Origin: Rhizomicrobium sp.
GTDB taxonomy: Bacteria; Pseudomonadota; Alphaproteobacteria; Micropepsales; Micropepsaceae
DNA length: 64,000 nt
Direction of reading: 5' to 3'
NCBI GenBank assembly: GCA_036489435.1
Contig: DASXFU010000039.1
Coordinates: 192,331-256,330 of the forward strand
Below the pieces are notes generated by a model, which worked only from the letters and a program-made list of their open reading frames with translations, was not told where the DNA came from and searched no databases. The translations under genes were made by a program, and so were the position numbers. Positions 62,813 through 64,000 of this stretch are shown one piece after another (position 1 is the first letter of the stretch; each line of letters opens with the position of its first letter).

Positions 62813-63298
62813 GTGAAACGCTCACGCGGACGCGGTCGTAGGCCGCAGCATAGCAACGGTGGTGGCGGAGGCGGTGGCGGCGGTAATGGCGGCGGTGGCG
62901 GCCATAACCCGAACCGCACGTTCGATTCCTCGGGCCCCGAGATCAAGATCCGCGGCTCCGCTTCGCATGTCTATGAGAAGTATCTGCAGCTCGCGCGCGA
63001 CGCCAATTCGTCGGGCGACCGGGTGATGGCCGAGAATTATCTGCAGCATGCCGAGCACTACTACCGCATCATGGCGGCCCAGCAGGCCCAGATGCAGCAG
63101 TTCCAGCAGCAGCAACAGCAGCAGCCACACTTCAACGGCAACAACGCCAACGCCAACGCCAACGGAAACACCAACGGTAACGGCAATGGCAACGGCATGT
63201 CCGGTGGCCAGCCTTATCCGCAAGCGCAGGGCCCCTCCTTCTCGCTGGCCGATCAGGACGGCGACGAGGGTGGCGACGAAGCCGACGCTGCCGAGTAG
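62813..63298 (+). CDS. DUF4167-domain protein
   Basis: NRTFDSSGPEIKIRGSASHVYEKYLQLARDA..SGDRVMAENYLQHAEHYYR; poly-G, poly-Q and N-rich tracts. Confidence 0.93.
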   Translation: MKRSRGRGRRPQHSNGGGGGGGGGNGGGGGHNPNRTFDSSGPEIKIRGSASHVYEKYLQLARDANSSGDRVMAENYLQHAEHYYRIMAAQQAQMQQFQQQQQQQPHFNGNNANANANGNTNGNGNGNGMSGGQPYPQAQGPSFSLADQDGDEGGDEADAAE

Positions 63299-63497
63299 TT
63301 TGCCTACCCGCGCGAGGCAGGTGTCTCGCGCGGTTTCATCCGAAGCCGGCTTCGCCCGGTAGAACAGGTTGCCGCCATGAAGGGGCTCCTCGCTTCCTAG
63401 TTCGTCCCGTCTTCGCATTGCGCGGTTGACGGCCCGAACTCGCAACGTCCGCGCCTCGCGCGGGCGGCGGCACACTTCTGTTCTTCGGAGACTTCCC

Positions 63498-64000
63498 TTG
63501 CGGATACAAATTCCGTCCGGCCCGCTTTGGCGGCATGCCGGCTTTATGCGGCTCTGGGCTGCACAGACCGTTTCGTCCTTCGGCGCGCGCATCGCCCGCG
63601 AAGGCTTCTCGATGGCGGCGATCCTGTCGATCCATGCGAGCCCGGCGCAACTGGGCGTGCTCACGGCCTTGTCGCGCGGGCCCGGCGTGGTGGTGGGCTT
63701 GTTCGCGGGCGGCTTCGTCGACCGCACCAGTCGCAAACGCGTGATGATCGGCAGCGACCTCGCGCGCACCGTTCTCATCCTCACTGTTCCGCTGGCGGCG
63801 TGGCTGCATCTGCTGGCGATGCCACAGCTCTACATCGTGGCCGGATTGGTCGGCGCGGCCGGCGTGCTGTTCGACATCGCGGACCACGCCTTCCTGCCAT
63901 CGCTGATCGACCGCGAATTCCTGCTCGACGGCAACGCGAAACTCAGCGTGACGGAATCCGTGGCCGAAATCGCGGGCCCCGCCATGGCGGGCACCTTGTT
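63498..64000 (+). CDS. MFS transporter (5' part; runs off the window end)
   Basis: Manual translation from TTG 63498 after a GGAG RBS: PLWRHAGFMRLWAAQTVSSFG...AGGFVDRTSRKRVMIGSDLAR (MFS motif A). Confidence 0.9.
   Translation, partial: MRIQIPSGPLWRHAGFMRLWAAQTVSSFGARIAREGFSMAAILSIHASPAQLGVLTALSRGPGVVVGLFAGGFVDRTSRKRVMIGSDLARTVLILTVPLAAWLHLLAMPQLYIVAGLVGAAGVLFDIADHAFLPSLIDREFLLDGNAKLSVTESVAEIAGPAMAGTL

Overview
High-GC alphaproteobacterial chromosome segment. The gene content and order (atpH/atpA, cobST, aroKB-xerD, accA, secA-argJ-mutT, comF-grxC, ubiG-lysC-ptsP, rodZ-ispG-prfA-prmC) suggest a Rhizomicrobium/Caulobacter-like organism, though this is an inference. Most of the window is core housekeeping genes with small accessory inserts. 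No rRNA, tRNA, CRISPR array, prophage or transposase was found. The most notable items are: (1) an operon encoding a DUF3034-like outer-membrane protein, an exported truncated globin, an exported cupredoxin and a PleC/DivJ-like membrane histidine kinase, with a perfect palindromic operator and a CtrA-like box; (2) ten intergenic loci of GTCAT(G/C)-tagged palindromic repeats in several subfamilies, three of them nested inside other repeats, with strongly G-free 5' flanks and C-free 3' flanks; (3) a lower-GC orphan protein made of six His/Trp/Cys repeats whose ligand count fits six interlocked zinc sites; (4) three tandem small secreted two-Cys proteins; (5) a Tat-exported tyrosinase followed by a secreted protein resembling its own C-terminal domain; (6) several candidate structured leaders. 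All calls come from reading the sequence and recalling motifs; no database searches were run.
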